From the NCBI GenBank assembly GCA_034722955.1, contig JAYEOM010000111.1, positions 1 through 32,574 on the forward strand: 32,574 bases of DNA. Reading direction: 5' to 3'. Source of the DNA: Campylobacterota bacterium. GTDB taxonomy: Bacteria; Campylobacterota; Campylobacteria; Campylobacterales; Sulfurovaceae. Position 1 is the first letter of the stretch. Every line of letters starts with the position of its first letter. The notes beneath the pieces were generated by a model, which was not told the origin of the DNA, made no database searches, and saw nothing but the letters and a program-made list of their open reading frames with translations. Both the position numbers and the translations under genes were made by a program. Shown piece after piece: positions 20,787 to 30,046 of the stretch.

Positions 20787-22198
20787 TTGACCTCCCATTT
20801 GTGGACAGGCTTCCCTGTCTGCTGATGATGCCAATAGGCATCACTCATCTTTTGCATATCTCTGCCATACTGTTTGACATATGCCAACTGCCACGCTGCA
20901 CCATTTTGTCCTGATGCAGTACGCTCTCCAATAATACCAAGATAGTAGTCACTCTGCACGGTGTTAATCCCCAATTTTTTCAATCCCTGCTTCGCCATGG
21001 GCAATAGGGTATCTAAAATCAATCTCTTTATGGCGACACTCTCCCCCTCCCAGAGAGTAGAAGCATCCAATCCATAACGGGCAGCTCTGTAGAAGTTATC
21101 TTCTGCTTCTGCAAAACTAGAGGTAAACTTGGCTCTAGAGTACTCTCTGCTCAGTATCTCCATCACTCCAAAATAGAAAACAGCATTTGCCAGCATATCC
21201 ACGAGTGAGGGACCTGCTGCCATCACCCGATGCTCTACTCTAAAATGCAGAGTTCCATCACTGTCAAAACCGACTAGAGGTCGATTCCATCTCCAGATCG
21301 TACCATTATGCAGTCGTAAATGTGCAAACTCTTCTGTATCCTCATCAAAAAGTATCGGTAGGAGAATATCATATGCCTCAATATTCTCCCTGAAACACTC
21401 CAAGATGCTATCTTTTAGAAAACCGCTCCCAAAAGAGACACGAGACTGCCCCTCACCTGTATCGACGGATTGCTCAAAAAGCGGAATACGCGTCTCATGC
21501 CACAACTGCTTGCCGAAAAGAAAGGGTGAATTGGCAGAGACAGCTACCATCGCTGCTGATGCCAAAATCGATGCATTGTAGTAGTGATGTGCTTCTCCAA
21601 ACGGAACCTGTGTATGTATTTGAAATGAGGTCGCTGCAGCTTCAAGCATGACAGATTTGTGCTGCAACTTCAACTCCTCTTTGTCTCCGATGATATCTAA
21701 CTCCACCGGTCTACCAAAACGCTCCTTGAAGATCTGCTTATTGAGAGCCCGATAACGCTTCATCCAAGACATCGTACCTAGGCAAAAATCAGAAGATTTG
21801 ACTGTAGGCAGTATCCCTATTGTCACACTTCGCAACCCCATATCTCTAGCTGTAGCATTGGCTTCCCCGCAAGTCTGATGCATCTCATCGGCGAATTTTG
21901 AAAAAACATCTCCGCAGAGCCGGTGAGGAGTATTGTTGAGTTCATAGTTGAATTTGGCTAGCTCCATTGTAGCCAAGTCGCTATCTAACTGCTTGAGAAA
22001 CTCCATATTGAGCGGCATCGGGTTCATCTCTCTATCCGTCAGCCAAGCTTCGATCTCAAAGCCACCCATAGCAGCCCTCTCGGAGCACTTCCCCTCTGAA
22101 AACTTCTGCCCGATAAGTTGAGTCTCATCTTCAAGCCGACTAAAAAACTCAAACCATGACTCATCTCTAAATTCAGTTTTATCAATTTCGGTACCCAT
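20783..22198 (-). CDS. Glutamate--cysteine ligase-like (GCS2) carboxylate-amine ligase
   Basis: Motifs GFEIE, ELAKFNYELN, EAAATSFQIH, ANSPFLFG, RWNRP and FRVEHRVM. Confidence 0.87.
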   Translation of the reverse strand: MGTEIDKTEFRDESWFEFFSRLEDETQLIGQKFSEGKCSERAAMGGFEIEAWLTDREMNPMPLNMEFLKQLDSDLATMELAKFNYELNNTPHRLCGDVFSKFADEMHQTCGEANATARDMGLRSVTIGILPTVKSSDFCLGTMSWMKRYRALNKQIFKERFGRPVELDIIGDKEELKLQHKSVMLEAAATSFQIHTQVPFGEAHHYYNASILASAAMVAVSANSPFLFGKQLWHETRIPLFEQSVDTGEGQSRVSFGSGFLKDSILECFRENIEAYDILLPILFDEDTEEFAHLRLHNGTIWRWNRPLVGFDSDGTLHFRVEHRVMAAGPSLVDMLANAVFYFGVMEILSREYSRAKFTSSFAEAEDNFYRAARYGLDASTLWEGESVAIKRLILDTLLPMAKQGLKKLGINTVQSDYYLGIIGERTASGQNGAAWQLAYVKQYGRDMQKMSDAYWHHQQTGKPVHKWEVK

Positions 22199-22331
22199 AA
22201 TCCACTACTCTCTTTTTATATATTGACAGTATACCTATAAAGTACTAGAAGAGCAGAGCAGTAGCTTTTACTTTTAGGGTTGAAAAAAATGCTATAAAAG
22301 AGTAGAATAGTAAAAAAGTAGGGAGTAGAGT

Positions 22332-22844
22332 ATGAAAAAGATATCGCGGGTAGTATTTATAGTTCTTTTAAATGTAGTGTTTTTATCTCTGTCTGCTGTA
22401 GCCAAAGATGAAAAACAGGAAGCTTCATCTGCTCAGGATATATTGATAAAGTGTGAAGTCCAAACAGCAGTCAGTATGCTGCAGGCTATCTATACAAAAC
22501 ATCAGAAGGGCGAGATGAGTCTCATAGAGGCGAAAAAGCTTGGGGCTGACCTCTTGCGAGAACTCAGATATGGCAATGAAGGATATTTTTGGGCGGATAC
22601 GACTGAAGGTGTCAATGTGGTTTTGTATGGGCGAGTGGATGTAGAGGGCAAAAATCGGCTTGAGGACAGGGATAAGAGGGGTGTATTCTATATAAAAAAG
22701 ATACTGGCAAAAGCGGAAGATGGCGGTGGATATGTCGAGTACTGGTTTCCAAAGAAAAACCAGACCACTGCTCAACCGAAGAGATCATATGTTTTATCAT
22801 TTCAGCCATTTGGATGGGTTATCGGTAGTGGATACTATCGATGA
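22332..22844 (+). CDS. Secreted stand-alone Cache (sCache_2-like) domain protein
   Basis: Signal peptide; LRYG..GYFW, D..G, GGGYVEYWFPK, PKRSY and FGWVIGSG. Confidence 0.85.
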   Translation: MKKISRVVFIVLLNVVFLSLSAVAKDEKQEASSAQDILIKCEVQTAVSMLQAIYTKHQKGEMSLIEAKKLGADLLRELRYGNEGYFWADTTEGVNVVLYGRVDVEGKNRLEDRDKRGVFYIKKILAKAEDGGGYVEYWFPKKNQTTAQPKRSYVLSFQPFGWVIGSGYYR

Positions 22845-23796
22845 GAAAGCAAAAAGAGTCGAGACTCTATCTCAGACTCTTCCAAACAGGGACTCATTTT
22901 TGGGTTGTTTTTTTGGATTGGCTCTTGGTGATGCTCTCTGTGCCCCTTATGAAGGTGGTATACTCGAAAGGCTAGTATGGCAACTCATATCGAAGAGTAG
23001 AGAGGGCAAAACAAGATATACCGATGATACACAGATGAGTCTGGATGTCGCACTATCTCTACTCACTCAAAATGGTATAGACCAGAACCATTTGGCTCAA
23101 ACATTTGCATCTAGCTATCGATGGTCGAGAGGATACGGATCTGCCGCAGCAAAGATACTCAAAAAAATCAAAAAAGGTATACCTTGGTATGAGGTAAACC
23201 GATCTGTCTATCCCCAAGGTTCATTTGGAAATGGTGCAGCTATGAGAGCACCTATAGTAGCACTCTACCATTGTGGCGATGAAGAGCAGATAGCCAATAC
23301 TACAGAAGAAGTTTCACTCATTACACATGCACATCCTCTGGCTATCGAGGGTGCAAAGCTCATCGCCCTGGCTACCTCTATCGCATTGGCTCAGAGAGAT
23401 TTTGCAGACCTATGGGATAGACTCATGACAGAGAGCCGGCTGGAACCCTATCAGATACGAATAGCAAGAGCAAAAAGTTGGATAGAGAGTGGCGAAGAGA
23501 TCCCGAGCAAGAGAGTTGCCAAAGAGCTAGGCAATGGTATCGCTGCTACTGACTCCTGTACAACTGCTATCTATATTGCTTCTCGTTTTATCGATCTCCC
23601 TTTTGATGATATGCTTCTATTTATCCAAAACTCCTCAGGTGACACAGATACGATCGCTGCGATGGCAGGTGCCATTTGGGGTGCGTATAACGGTGTCAAT
23701 TCTCTTCCACGATCAAAAATAGAACAGCTTGAGTCCAGATCTACTATAGAGGAGTTCTCTATAGAGCTATATGCCCACTTCCAAAAGGAGAGATAG
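22828..23796 (+). CDS. ADP-ribosylglycohydrolase family protein
   Basis: Motifs GLALGDAL, YTDDTQM, GNGAAMRA, TH.HP and GDTDTIAAMAGAIWGA. Start uncertain; the GTG at 22828 was chosen. Confidence 0.9.
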   Translation: MDTIDEKAKRVETLSQTLPNRDSFLGCFFGLALGDALCAPYEGGILERLVWQLISKSREGKTRYTDDTQMSLDVALSLLTQNGIDQNHLAQTFASSYRWSRGYGSAAAKILKKIKKGIPWYEVNRSVYPQGSFGNGAAMRAPIVALYHCGDEEQIANTTEEVSLITHAHPLAIEGAKLIALATSIALAQRDFADLWDRLMTESRLEPYQIRIARAKSWIESGEEIPSKRVAKELGNGIAATDSCTTAIYIASRFIDLPFDDMLLFIQNSSGDTDTIAAMAGAIWGAYNGVNSLPRSKIEQLESRSTIEEFSIELYAHFQKER

Positions 23797-23799
23797 CAG

Positions 23800-25182
23800 A
23801 TGAGAAATATACCAAAAATCATCCAAACTATTTCACAAACCCTAATAGATCACAATGCCAAAGCTATCATAGTGGGAGGCTCTATCCGTGATCATCTCCT
23901 CAATCTGCCTCTCAAGGATTATGATATCGAAGTCTATGGACTTCAGAGTTTGGAGGAGTTGGAGACTATACTCAGTCACTATGGGAGTGTCAATCTTGTA
24001 GGCAAGAGTTTCGGTATTTTAAAATTTTCATATGGAGGGGATGAGTATGATTTCTCTTTCCCAAGACTCGAACAGAAGATAGGAGAGGGTCATCGTGGCT
24101 TTAGCGTAGCATGTGACGGAGATCTCCCTTTTGAGCAGGCAAGTCTGAGGCGAGACTTTACGATCAATGCGATGGGTTATGATATAGAGAGTGGTCTGCT
24201 TCTCGATCCTTATGGAGCTAGAGAAGATATGCGAAACAGAACTCTGCGACATATCAATAGCGACTCATTTGTCGAAGACCCATTGAGAGTCTATCGTGCT
24301 GTACAGTTTTGTGCGAGATTTGGATATCGATTGGCTGAGGAGACTATGCTGCTATGTCAACAGATGGTAGAGAGTGGGATGCTAGAGGAGCTGCCAAAAG
24401 AGAGGGTTTACAGCGAATGGATAAAACTACTGCTCAAGTCACCCAAACCATCGATAGGATTTGAGCTGATGCACAAGCTGGGTATCCTCCGCTACTTTCC
24501 TGAGCTTCAAGCCATCATAGGTCTGCCTCAATCACCCAAATGGCACCCGGAAGGAGATGTGTGGGTGCACACTATGATGTCCATAGATGCGATGGCAGGA
24601 CTCAGGCTGGGAGATGAGAGAGTCGATCTCAAGTTGATGTTTGCTGTACTCTGTCACGATCTTGGCAAAGCTACCACAACCACCATAGAGGAGGATGGGC
24701 GGATCAGATCTATAGGACATGAGAGAGAGGGTATCAAGCCGACAAAATCCCTGCTCTATAGACTCTGTTGCGAACATAACTTTATCGATTCACTTCTGCC
24801 ACTGGTGCAGTACCATTTGGCTCCTTCTCAGCTCTATGTCAACAACTCCAAAGATAGAGCCGTGCGTAGACTCTCAACCAAAGTAACAATCAGTGAGTTG
24901 ATTATCGTTGCCAAGGCAGATTTTTTAGGACGAACCACAGAGTCAGCACGCAGTGGTATCTATGAAGCTGGCGAATGGTTACTGGAAAAAGCCAAAAACC
25001 TCAAAGTCCAAGAGGAGCCCCCCCAATCCATAATCCAAGGGCGCGATCTCATAGGATTGGGGTTTGAACCCTCGCCTAGATTCAAAGATATATTGGCATC
25101 AGTCTACTCCCTGCAGATAGAGGGTAAGATAACAGACAGAGAGGAGGCATTGAGATTTGTCAAGGAGGAGTTTTTACCCTAA
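23800..25182 (+). CDS. cca: CCA tRNA nucleotidyltransferase with HD phosphatase domain
   Basis: Motifs GGSIRD, DYD, RRDFTINAM, EDPLRVYR, HPEGDVWVHT and HDLGK. Confidence 0.88.
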   Translation: MRNIPKIIQTISQTLIDHNAKAIIVGGSIRDHLLNLPLKDYDIEVYGLQSLEELETILSHYGSVNLVGKSFGILKFSYGGDEYDFSFPRLEQKIGEGHRGFSVACDGDLPFEQASLRRDFTINAMGYDIESGLLLDPYGAREDMRNRTLRHINSDSFVEDPLRVYRAVQFCARFGYRLAEETMLLCQQMVESGMLEELPKERVYSEWIKLLLKSPKPSIGFELMHKLGILRYFPELQAIIGLPQSPKWHPEGDVWVHTMMSIDAMAGLRLGDERVDLKLMFAVLCHDLGKATTTTIEEDGRIRSIGHEREGIKPTKSLLYRLCCEHNFIDSLLPLVQYHLAPSQLYVNNSKDRAVRRLSTKVTISELIIVAKADFLGRTTESARSGIYEAGEWLLEKAKNLKVQEEPPQSIIQGRDLIGLGFEPSPRFKDILASVYSLQIEGKITDREEALRFVKEEFLP

Positions 25183-25790
25183 AGTATGCCATACTTCAAT
25201 AGTGCCTGATATATCTCTTCTGCCATCTTGTGATACCCTAGTGCATTAGGGTGGATACGATCTCCTTTGAGAGAGCTGTCACTGAGGATATCCTCCAGCA
25301 TACTCTCCATATAGGGTATCCCCTCCTCCCTGGCTACCTCTTTATATAGAGGGAGGGTGGAGAGTCCGACTATAGAGATATCCGGTACACCTATGAGCAG
25401 GATTTGCATATCTCTGCTTTTTGCCATAGTGATCATAGCGATGAGGTTTTCGCGGAGTGCTTCTCTGGATCTCCTCTGGAGTATATCATTGCCACCATAA
25501 CAGAGGATCATCACTTTTGCATCACTATTTTGGAGAATAGCCGGCAGCCTGCTGAGACCCTCAGCTGAAGCCTCTGCTGATACCCCCTCATTGATGACAG
25601 GATGCCCGGAGAGTTGTGCTAGAACGGCTGGATAACTCTGCTCCCTATCGACACCATGCCCAAATGTCAAACTATCACCAAAAGCGAGTATCTTATCTTG
25701 GGAGACCAGTCGCTGTGCAGGGGGAAGCTCTTCTCTGCTTAGAAACAAAAAGATCACTACGGTAAGGGCAAGGAGAAGGATATACTTCAT
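25179..25790 (-). CDS. GDSL/SGNH arylesterase (TesA-like)
   Basis: Motifs FGDSLT, GGND and D.IHPN; N-terminal anchor. Confidence 0.92.
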   Translation of the reverse strand: MKYILLLALTVVIFLFLSREELPPAQRLVSQDKILAFGDSLTFGHGVDREQSYPAVLAQLSGHPVINEGVSAEASAEGLSRLPAILQNSDAKVMILCYGGNDILQRRSREALRENLIAMITMAKSRDMQILLIGVPDISIVGLSTLPLYKEVAREEGIPYMESMLEDILSDSSLKGDRIHPNALGYHKMAEEIYQALLKYGIL

Positions 25791-26286
25791 GAGGACTCCT
25801 TTGTATAGAGATTTGTTTCGCTGTATTCCTAAAAATAAAAATATCAGATACTCTATACTTTTGGAACTTTATTATTCCTGACTTACTTGAGAAACTTTTT
25901 AAAAACCCTTCTAACTGCTCTGTCTTATTTTCATGTGGCTTAACCCCCTCTATAGTTATGCTTTTTTTGAACTCTCGTTCTTTTGATAGTGCATGTATCA
26001 CTCCCATAAGTGCAGATCCTGTGATCGTAAGATGCTCTAGTGCAAGATTGACAGAAAACTGCCGTGTATCATCTTCTATGGCAAAGGCTCTATCTATAAT
26101 TACCTGCCTTGTACACTGCTCATTTGTTAGAGGAGTTACAAGATTTTTGATAATCTTAACTTCCCTTTTGAGTAGCAGCAAGGCTATATCCCAAGTAAAA
26201 AATACGCGTACCATAGGGACTAAAATATTTTTGATAAAGAGTTGCTCCATCTTGGGCAATCCATCTCCTGGTTTTTCAAGTTCCAT
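25693..26286 (-). pseudogene. Hypothetical (possibly DinB-like) protein, apparently 3'-truncated
   Basis: An AGGAGG RBS precedes the ATG at 26286. The product looks protein-like up to about LEGFLK (~25900), then reads through intergenic DNA and ~100 bp into the esterase gene. Confidence 0.5.
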
Positions 26287-26339
26287 TATAATCCTCCTAA
26301 TCAAATTTTAATCACTACATAGTTAAATTAAACTTAAAA

Positions 26340-26357
26340 TTAGAGTTATTACTCTAA
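26340..26357. promoter_or_regulatory. Candidate TetR operator palindrome
   Basis: TTAGAGT-TATT-ACTCTAA lies between the divergent TetR gene and its neighbour. Confidence 0.65.
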
Positions 26358-26383
26358 AAATAGAACTTATGCTATAATTCATG

Positions 26384-27013
26384 ATGAAAAAAAAGAAAAA
26401 ATCACTTACTAAAGAGAAGATAAAAAGAGTATCTGTCCAGCTCTTCAATGAAAATGATACTCTATCCATCACCACCAATCACATCGCATCACAAGCAGGT
26501 ATATCCTCTGGAAATCTCTATTATCATTATAAAAATAAAGAGGAGATACTTCAAGAACTCTACTCTGAAATGTCTCAAAAATTTGAAAGTTTTGAAAGTT
26601 TTAGAGTTATACTCTCTAGTCAAAACCCTATTGCATCACTCTGGAAGATGTTTGATATATATGGTGAGTTATTTTGGGAGTATCGTTTTTTGATGCGAGA
26701 TTCAGCAGTACTGATGGCACTCTACCCTAAACTAAAAGAGATGTTTGTACAGAGACAAGAAAAAAGAATAGTACAAATAGAGGGACTCATCCAATACTTT
26801 ATCCAAGAAGATATTTTTGAGAGTATGCCTTATGATGAGATTAAGCTTAGAGCAAAAATCAACTGGTTTATCTCCGCATATTGGCAAATCTTTGCTTCAT
26901 CAGGTGCCAAAGTAACTAAAGCGTCCATTAACGAAGCCAAAGAGGTACTCTTTATGGTTAATATCCTGCCTTTTTTGACAGATAAAGGAAAAGAGATGGC
27001 AGATAGTATTTAA
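26384..27013 (+). CDS. TetR/AcrR family regulator
   Basis: HTH TTNHIA..AGIS.GNLYYHYKNKEEI. An extended -10 TGCTATAAT sits at 26370-26378. Confidence 0.93.
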   Translation: MKKKKKSLTKEKIKRVSVQLFNENDTLSITTNHIASQAGISSGNLYYHYKNKEEILQELYSEMSQKFESFESFRVILSSQNPIASLWKMFDIYGELFWEYRFLMRDSAVLMALYPKLKEMFVQRQEKRIVQIEGLIQYFIQEDIFESMPYDEIKLRAKINWFISAYWQIFASSGAKVTKASINEAKEVLFMVNILPFLTDKGKEMADSI

Positions 27014-27022
27014 AAGGAGTTA

Positions 27023-27214
27023 ATGATGTTCACCTTAGAAAATTTACCAATTATCATTATCATTGGAATTATTTTACTCAATATCCGTACTATTATTGGT
27101 ACGATTAGTATGTTGCAGTATGAATTTAAGATACCTGTATTTGAGACGATTGAGCTAAGTGACATTGAACCAGAAGTTGAGTCTATTATAAAACCATTAT
27201 GGGGCTTTTTTTAG
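27023..27214 (+). pseudogene. Membrane protein N-terminal fragment, likely truncated next to the IS
   Basis: AAGGAG RBS and one TM segment; the ORF ends 20 bp before the IS left end. Confidence 0.5.
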
Positions 27215-27319
27215 GTCTATTTGCTCTTTTTGACGAATCTTCCCACCAAAAAACCCGACAAACCCCCATCTGATCGCTAATGGAGCAAATAACTGCCTAT
27301 TATGTAGGCACGGAATTAC

Positions 27320-27348
27320 TTGACTTATCGCTATTGTTGTGATATAAT
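27320..27348 (+). promoter_or_regulatory. sigma70 promoter of the transposase
   Basis: TTGACT-17bp-TATAAT with extended TG, 30 bp before the ATG at 27379. A TGCCTA/TAGGCA hairpin lies just upstream (27294-27310). Confidence 0.75.
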
Positions 27349-27467
27349 CCCATTAAAATACCTAAACGGATTGACTATATGTATATTGCATTTACTAAAA
27401 AGAAATATAAAGATACCTATCATAAGCAGACTCTGTTAAGAGAGAGTTATAGAGAAGATGGAAAAGT

Positions 27468-27487
27468 CGAGGTACCCCTTGAGGGTA
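27468..27487 (+). repeat. 20-bp inserted hairpin repeat, copy 1 (CGAGGTACCCCTTGAGGGTA)
   Basis: Interrupts G-K-V-K-T-R; 19/20 identical to copy 2. Confidence 0.9.
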
Positions 27488-28188
27488 AAAAACAAGAACT
27501 ATTGCAAATTTTACCAATCAAGCCAAAGAGCAAGTAGAGGCTATAGCTATTGCATTAAAGAGTAAAGGCAAAGCTCTTATCACAACAGATAACCAATCTC
27601 AAGGTTTGAGTGTTGGGTTTAGTATGATTATCTTGTTTGTTATGAAACAGCTAGGTATGGTACGAATCTTAGGTAAAAGCTTTGAAGCAAAAGTAGCAAT
27701 AGTATTAATAGCAGCTAGAATAACTATACAAAGTAGTAGACTCCAAGCACTACATTGGGCAAAGGAAGAAGATAAGATATTAGATATATGTAACTTTACT
27801 GCAGATGAAAAAGATAAACTAAGTGATAAAAATATCTATCAAGGTTTAGACTATCTCTATGATAACCAAGAGAGTATAGAAGATAGACTCTTTAAAGCCT
27901 ATTATAAAGATAATCCACCTAAAAGAGTATTCTATGATGTAACAAGCTCCTTCGTAGAGGGAGAGTATGAAGATAGTGAGTTAGTAGCTTATGGATACAA
28001 TAGAGATAAGAAACAAGGAAAGCAACAGATAGTAGTAGGACTGCTCACAGATGAAGATGGACACGCTATATCTATCCATACCTACCCAGGTAATACCAAT
28101 GATGTAAAAACATTTACAGACCAACTAGATAAACTCAAAAATAGATTTAAACTAGAGAGTATCACTATAGTAGGTGATGGTGGTATGA

Positions 28189-28208
28189 CGAGGTACCCCT
28201 TGAGGGTG
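28189..28208 (+). repeat. 20-bp inserted hairpin repeat, copy 2 (CGAGGTACCCCTTGAGGGTG)
   Basis: Interrupts G-M-I-K-S just after the VGD motif. Confidence 0.9.
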
Positions 28209-29182
28209 TAAAGAGTGAAGATATAGTAAAGATAAGAGAGTTAGGATATGACTATATCACCTCTATAGGTAAACCAAGTATTCAAAAGCTTATAGATGAT
28301 AAAGATAGCAAAATCAATATGAGTCTCTTTGATGAACAACTTCAAGAGGTGATAGATGAAGAGAAAGGTATACGATATATACTAAGACAAAACCCCATAA
28401 GAAGAGATGAGATAAGAGAGACAAGAGAGTCTAAAATCAAAAGAGTAGAAGCATTCATAGAAGAGAAACAAGAGTATTATAACAGTCACTATAGAGCCAA
28501 ACAAGAGACAATGATTGCTAATATAGATAAAAAGATAGCTTCACTCAAACTATCTAAATTTAGGTCATATAAGATAACATATCAAGAGGGTGAGTGTATA
28601 GTAGTAGCTAAAGACAATACTCAAACTATCAAAACAAAAGAGTTAGCAACAGTAGAGATTATCATAGACCAAGAGGCTAAAATAAAAGTAGCTCAACTTG
28701 ATGGTTGCTATGTTGTGACTACTTCACTTACCAATATAGACAAAGATACAAAAGAGGATATTCACACAGCATATAAAACACTTATCAAAGTAGAAAATGC
28801 CTTTAAGGCACTTAAAACTGAGTACCTTGAGATAAGACCACTCTATCTTAGAACAGACAGTAGAATAAAAGCTCATATCTTCTTATCTATGCTCTCTTAT
28901 AATATTGTACTAAAACTAAGAGGATATATATTCAATATGAACATTGATTTCAAATCAACCATAAGAAAGATCTCAAACATCACAACAGTAAAAAACACAA
29001 TTAACAAAACAATAGTTTACGAAACAATACCTGCTGTAGATGATAAGTTAAAAGAGTTATTTGATAGTATGAAGTTTAAATTACCTAATAGGATTTAGAG
29101 ATGTAGTGCGAAAGATTTATGAATTTTTTCAGCAAGTGCCGTGTTTGTGGGGTTTGTATTAGATTTTGGGTGGGAAGATTCG

Positions 29183-29382
29183 TTGGAACACAGAAATATC
29201 TACATCACTATTGAGCATAGTTTCTATGGCTTGATGGTCACCTCTATGGTTTTCACATAGAAGCACATCAACGCTTCAAACTGTTCTTAATCAGAAGCTT
29301 CTTTAAGGATGACTCTTTAATCTACCCCTCTATTGATGATATGCTAGTAGCCTGCTATCTCTATGCGTGGTTTTCTTGGCAT
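29183..29382 (-). pseudogene. RAYT/Y1 (IS200-like) transposase remnant, copy A, cut by the IS1634
   Basis: AAGGAG RBS, then MPRKPRIEIAGY*HIINRGVD*RVILKEASD*EQF, a RAYT-type N-terminus with stops. 29183-29332 matches 32425-32574 at 148/150. Confidence 0.8.
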
Positions 29383-29437
29383 CGGCTACTCCTTTGTGAG
29401 GATTGTAGCGTAGTTTAGATTATAGTAGCATTGACAT

Positions 29438-29484
29438 CACCTGACCTCTATATCTTGGCACTTGACCCCTATATCTTGGCACTT
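29438..29484. repeat. 21-bp tandem repeat (~2.2 units) with a TGACC(C/T)C core
   Basis: CACCTGACCTCTATATCTTGG / CACTTGACCCCTATATCTTGG / CACTT. Confidence 0.85.
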
Positions 29485-29660
29485 AATCCTGCGATATGAA
29501 AAAGGAAATTATCTTCTTGATTTTCTATCTGTAGTTTTCGTTTTTTGTAGTGGGATGGATAGCTCTTGTAGGTCGTTGGCTTATCTTTCCATGAGAGTTG
29601 GTTTGGATTGTTTCGTATTGACTCGTAGGAGTGCTTGGTTTGCTTATGATACCAAAACAT
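29469..29660 (-). pseudogene. N-terminal fragment of a SagB/ThcOx-type nitroreductase-family protein
   Basis: YH.QTKHS......N.LSW..KP..YK.YP resembles the N-terminus of that family. The ORF stops inside the tandem repeat. Confidence 0.6.
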
Positions 29661-30006
29661 CAAAGACCTCTTTATGTCTACTCTTTAGGCTCTCTATCTG
29701 CTGATATGCTTCATCAAAAAGCTCTCTATACTCTCTTGTCTCATATCGTAAGTGTTTGTAGCGTTCATAGGATGCGATTACTTTCTGGGCATTTCTTTTA
29801 CCATTTTTTCTATTTCGTTTGATATGTTCAAAGCTAATAGCACCATTGATAAACCCTTTGACCACATGTCTCATCGGGTCTTGACGCTCTCTGAGTGGAT
29901 GCCATGCCTCTTCGAGTGCTTCATGTGCCTCGAAGTACTCCTCTCTTTCCAGTAGAGACAGATACGCTCTCAACGCATCTTTTAAGTTATGATTGATTTT
30001 TAACAT
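29644..30006 (-). CDS. DUF309 domain protein
   Basis: YFEAHEALEEAW and KG.I..A...H motifs. Confidence 0.85.
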   Translation of the reverse strand: MLKINHNLKDALRAYLSLLEREEYFEAHEALEEAWHPLRERQDPMRHVVKGFINGAISFEHIKRNRKNGKRNAQKVIASYERYKHLRYETREYRELFDEAYQQIESLKSRHKEVFDVLVS

Positions 30007-30046
30007 AGACTACTTTACTCACTTTTTCTTTAGCGTATCTAAAATT

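Larger units (their letters stand above)
27379..29098 (+). pseudogene. IS1634-family transposase, frameshifted twice by 20-bp insertions
   Basis: Motifs LLRESYREDGK, FYDVTSS, YGYNRDKK, PGNT.D, VGD.GM, DGCYV, Y..L..VE.AF..LK and IRPLY. Removing 27468-27487 and 28189-28208 gives one uninterrupted 559-aa ORF. Confidence 0.92.
27234..29182 (+). mobile_element. IS1634-family insertion sequence
   Basis: Terminal inverted repeats CGAATCTTCCCACC at 27234 and GGTGGGAAGATTCG ending at 29182, with subterminal ACAAACCCC/GGGGTTTGT. They enclose a DDE transposase. No target-site duplication is visible. Confidence 0.88.

Noticed and set aside
27468..28208. Programmed ribosomal frameshifting as the explanation for the split transposase
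   Set aside because: Both shifts coincide with the same extraneous 20-mer, and its removal restores consensus-like residues.
29438..29484. CRISPR array
   Set aside because: The units are adjacent with no spacers, there are only ~2 copies, and no cas genes are present.
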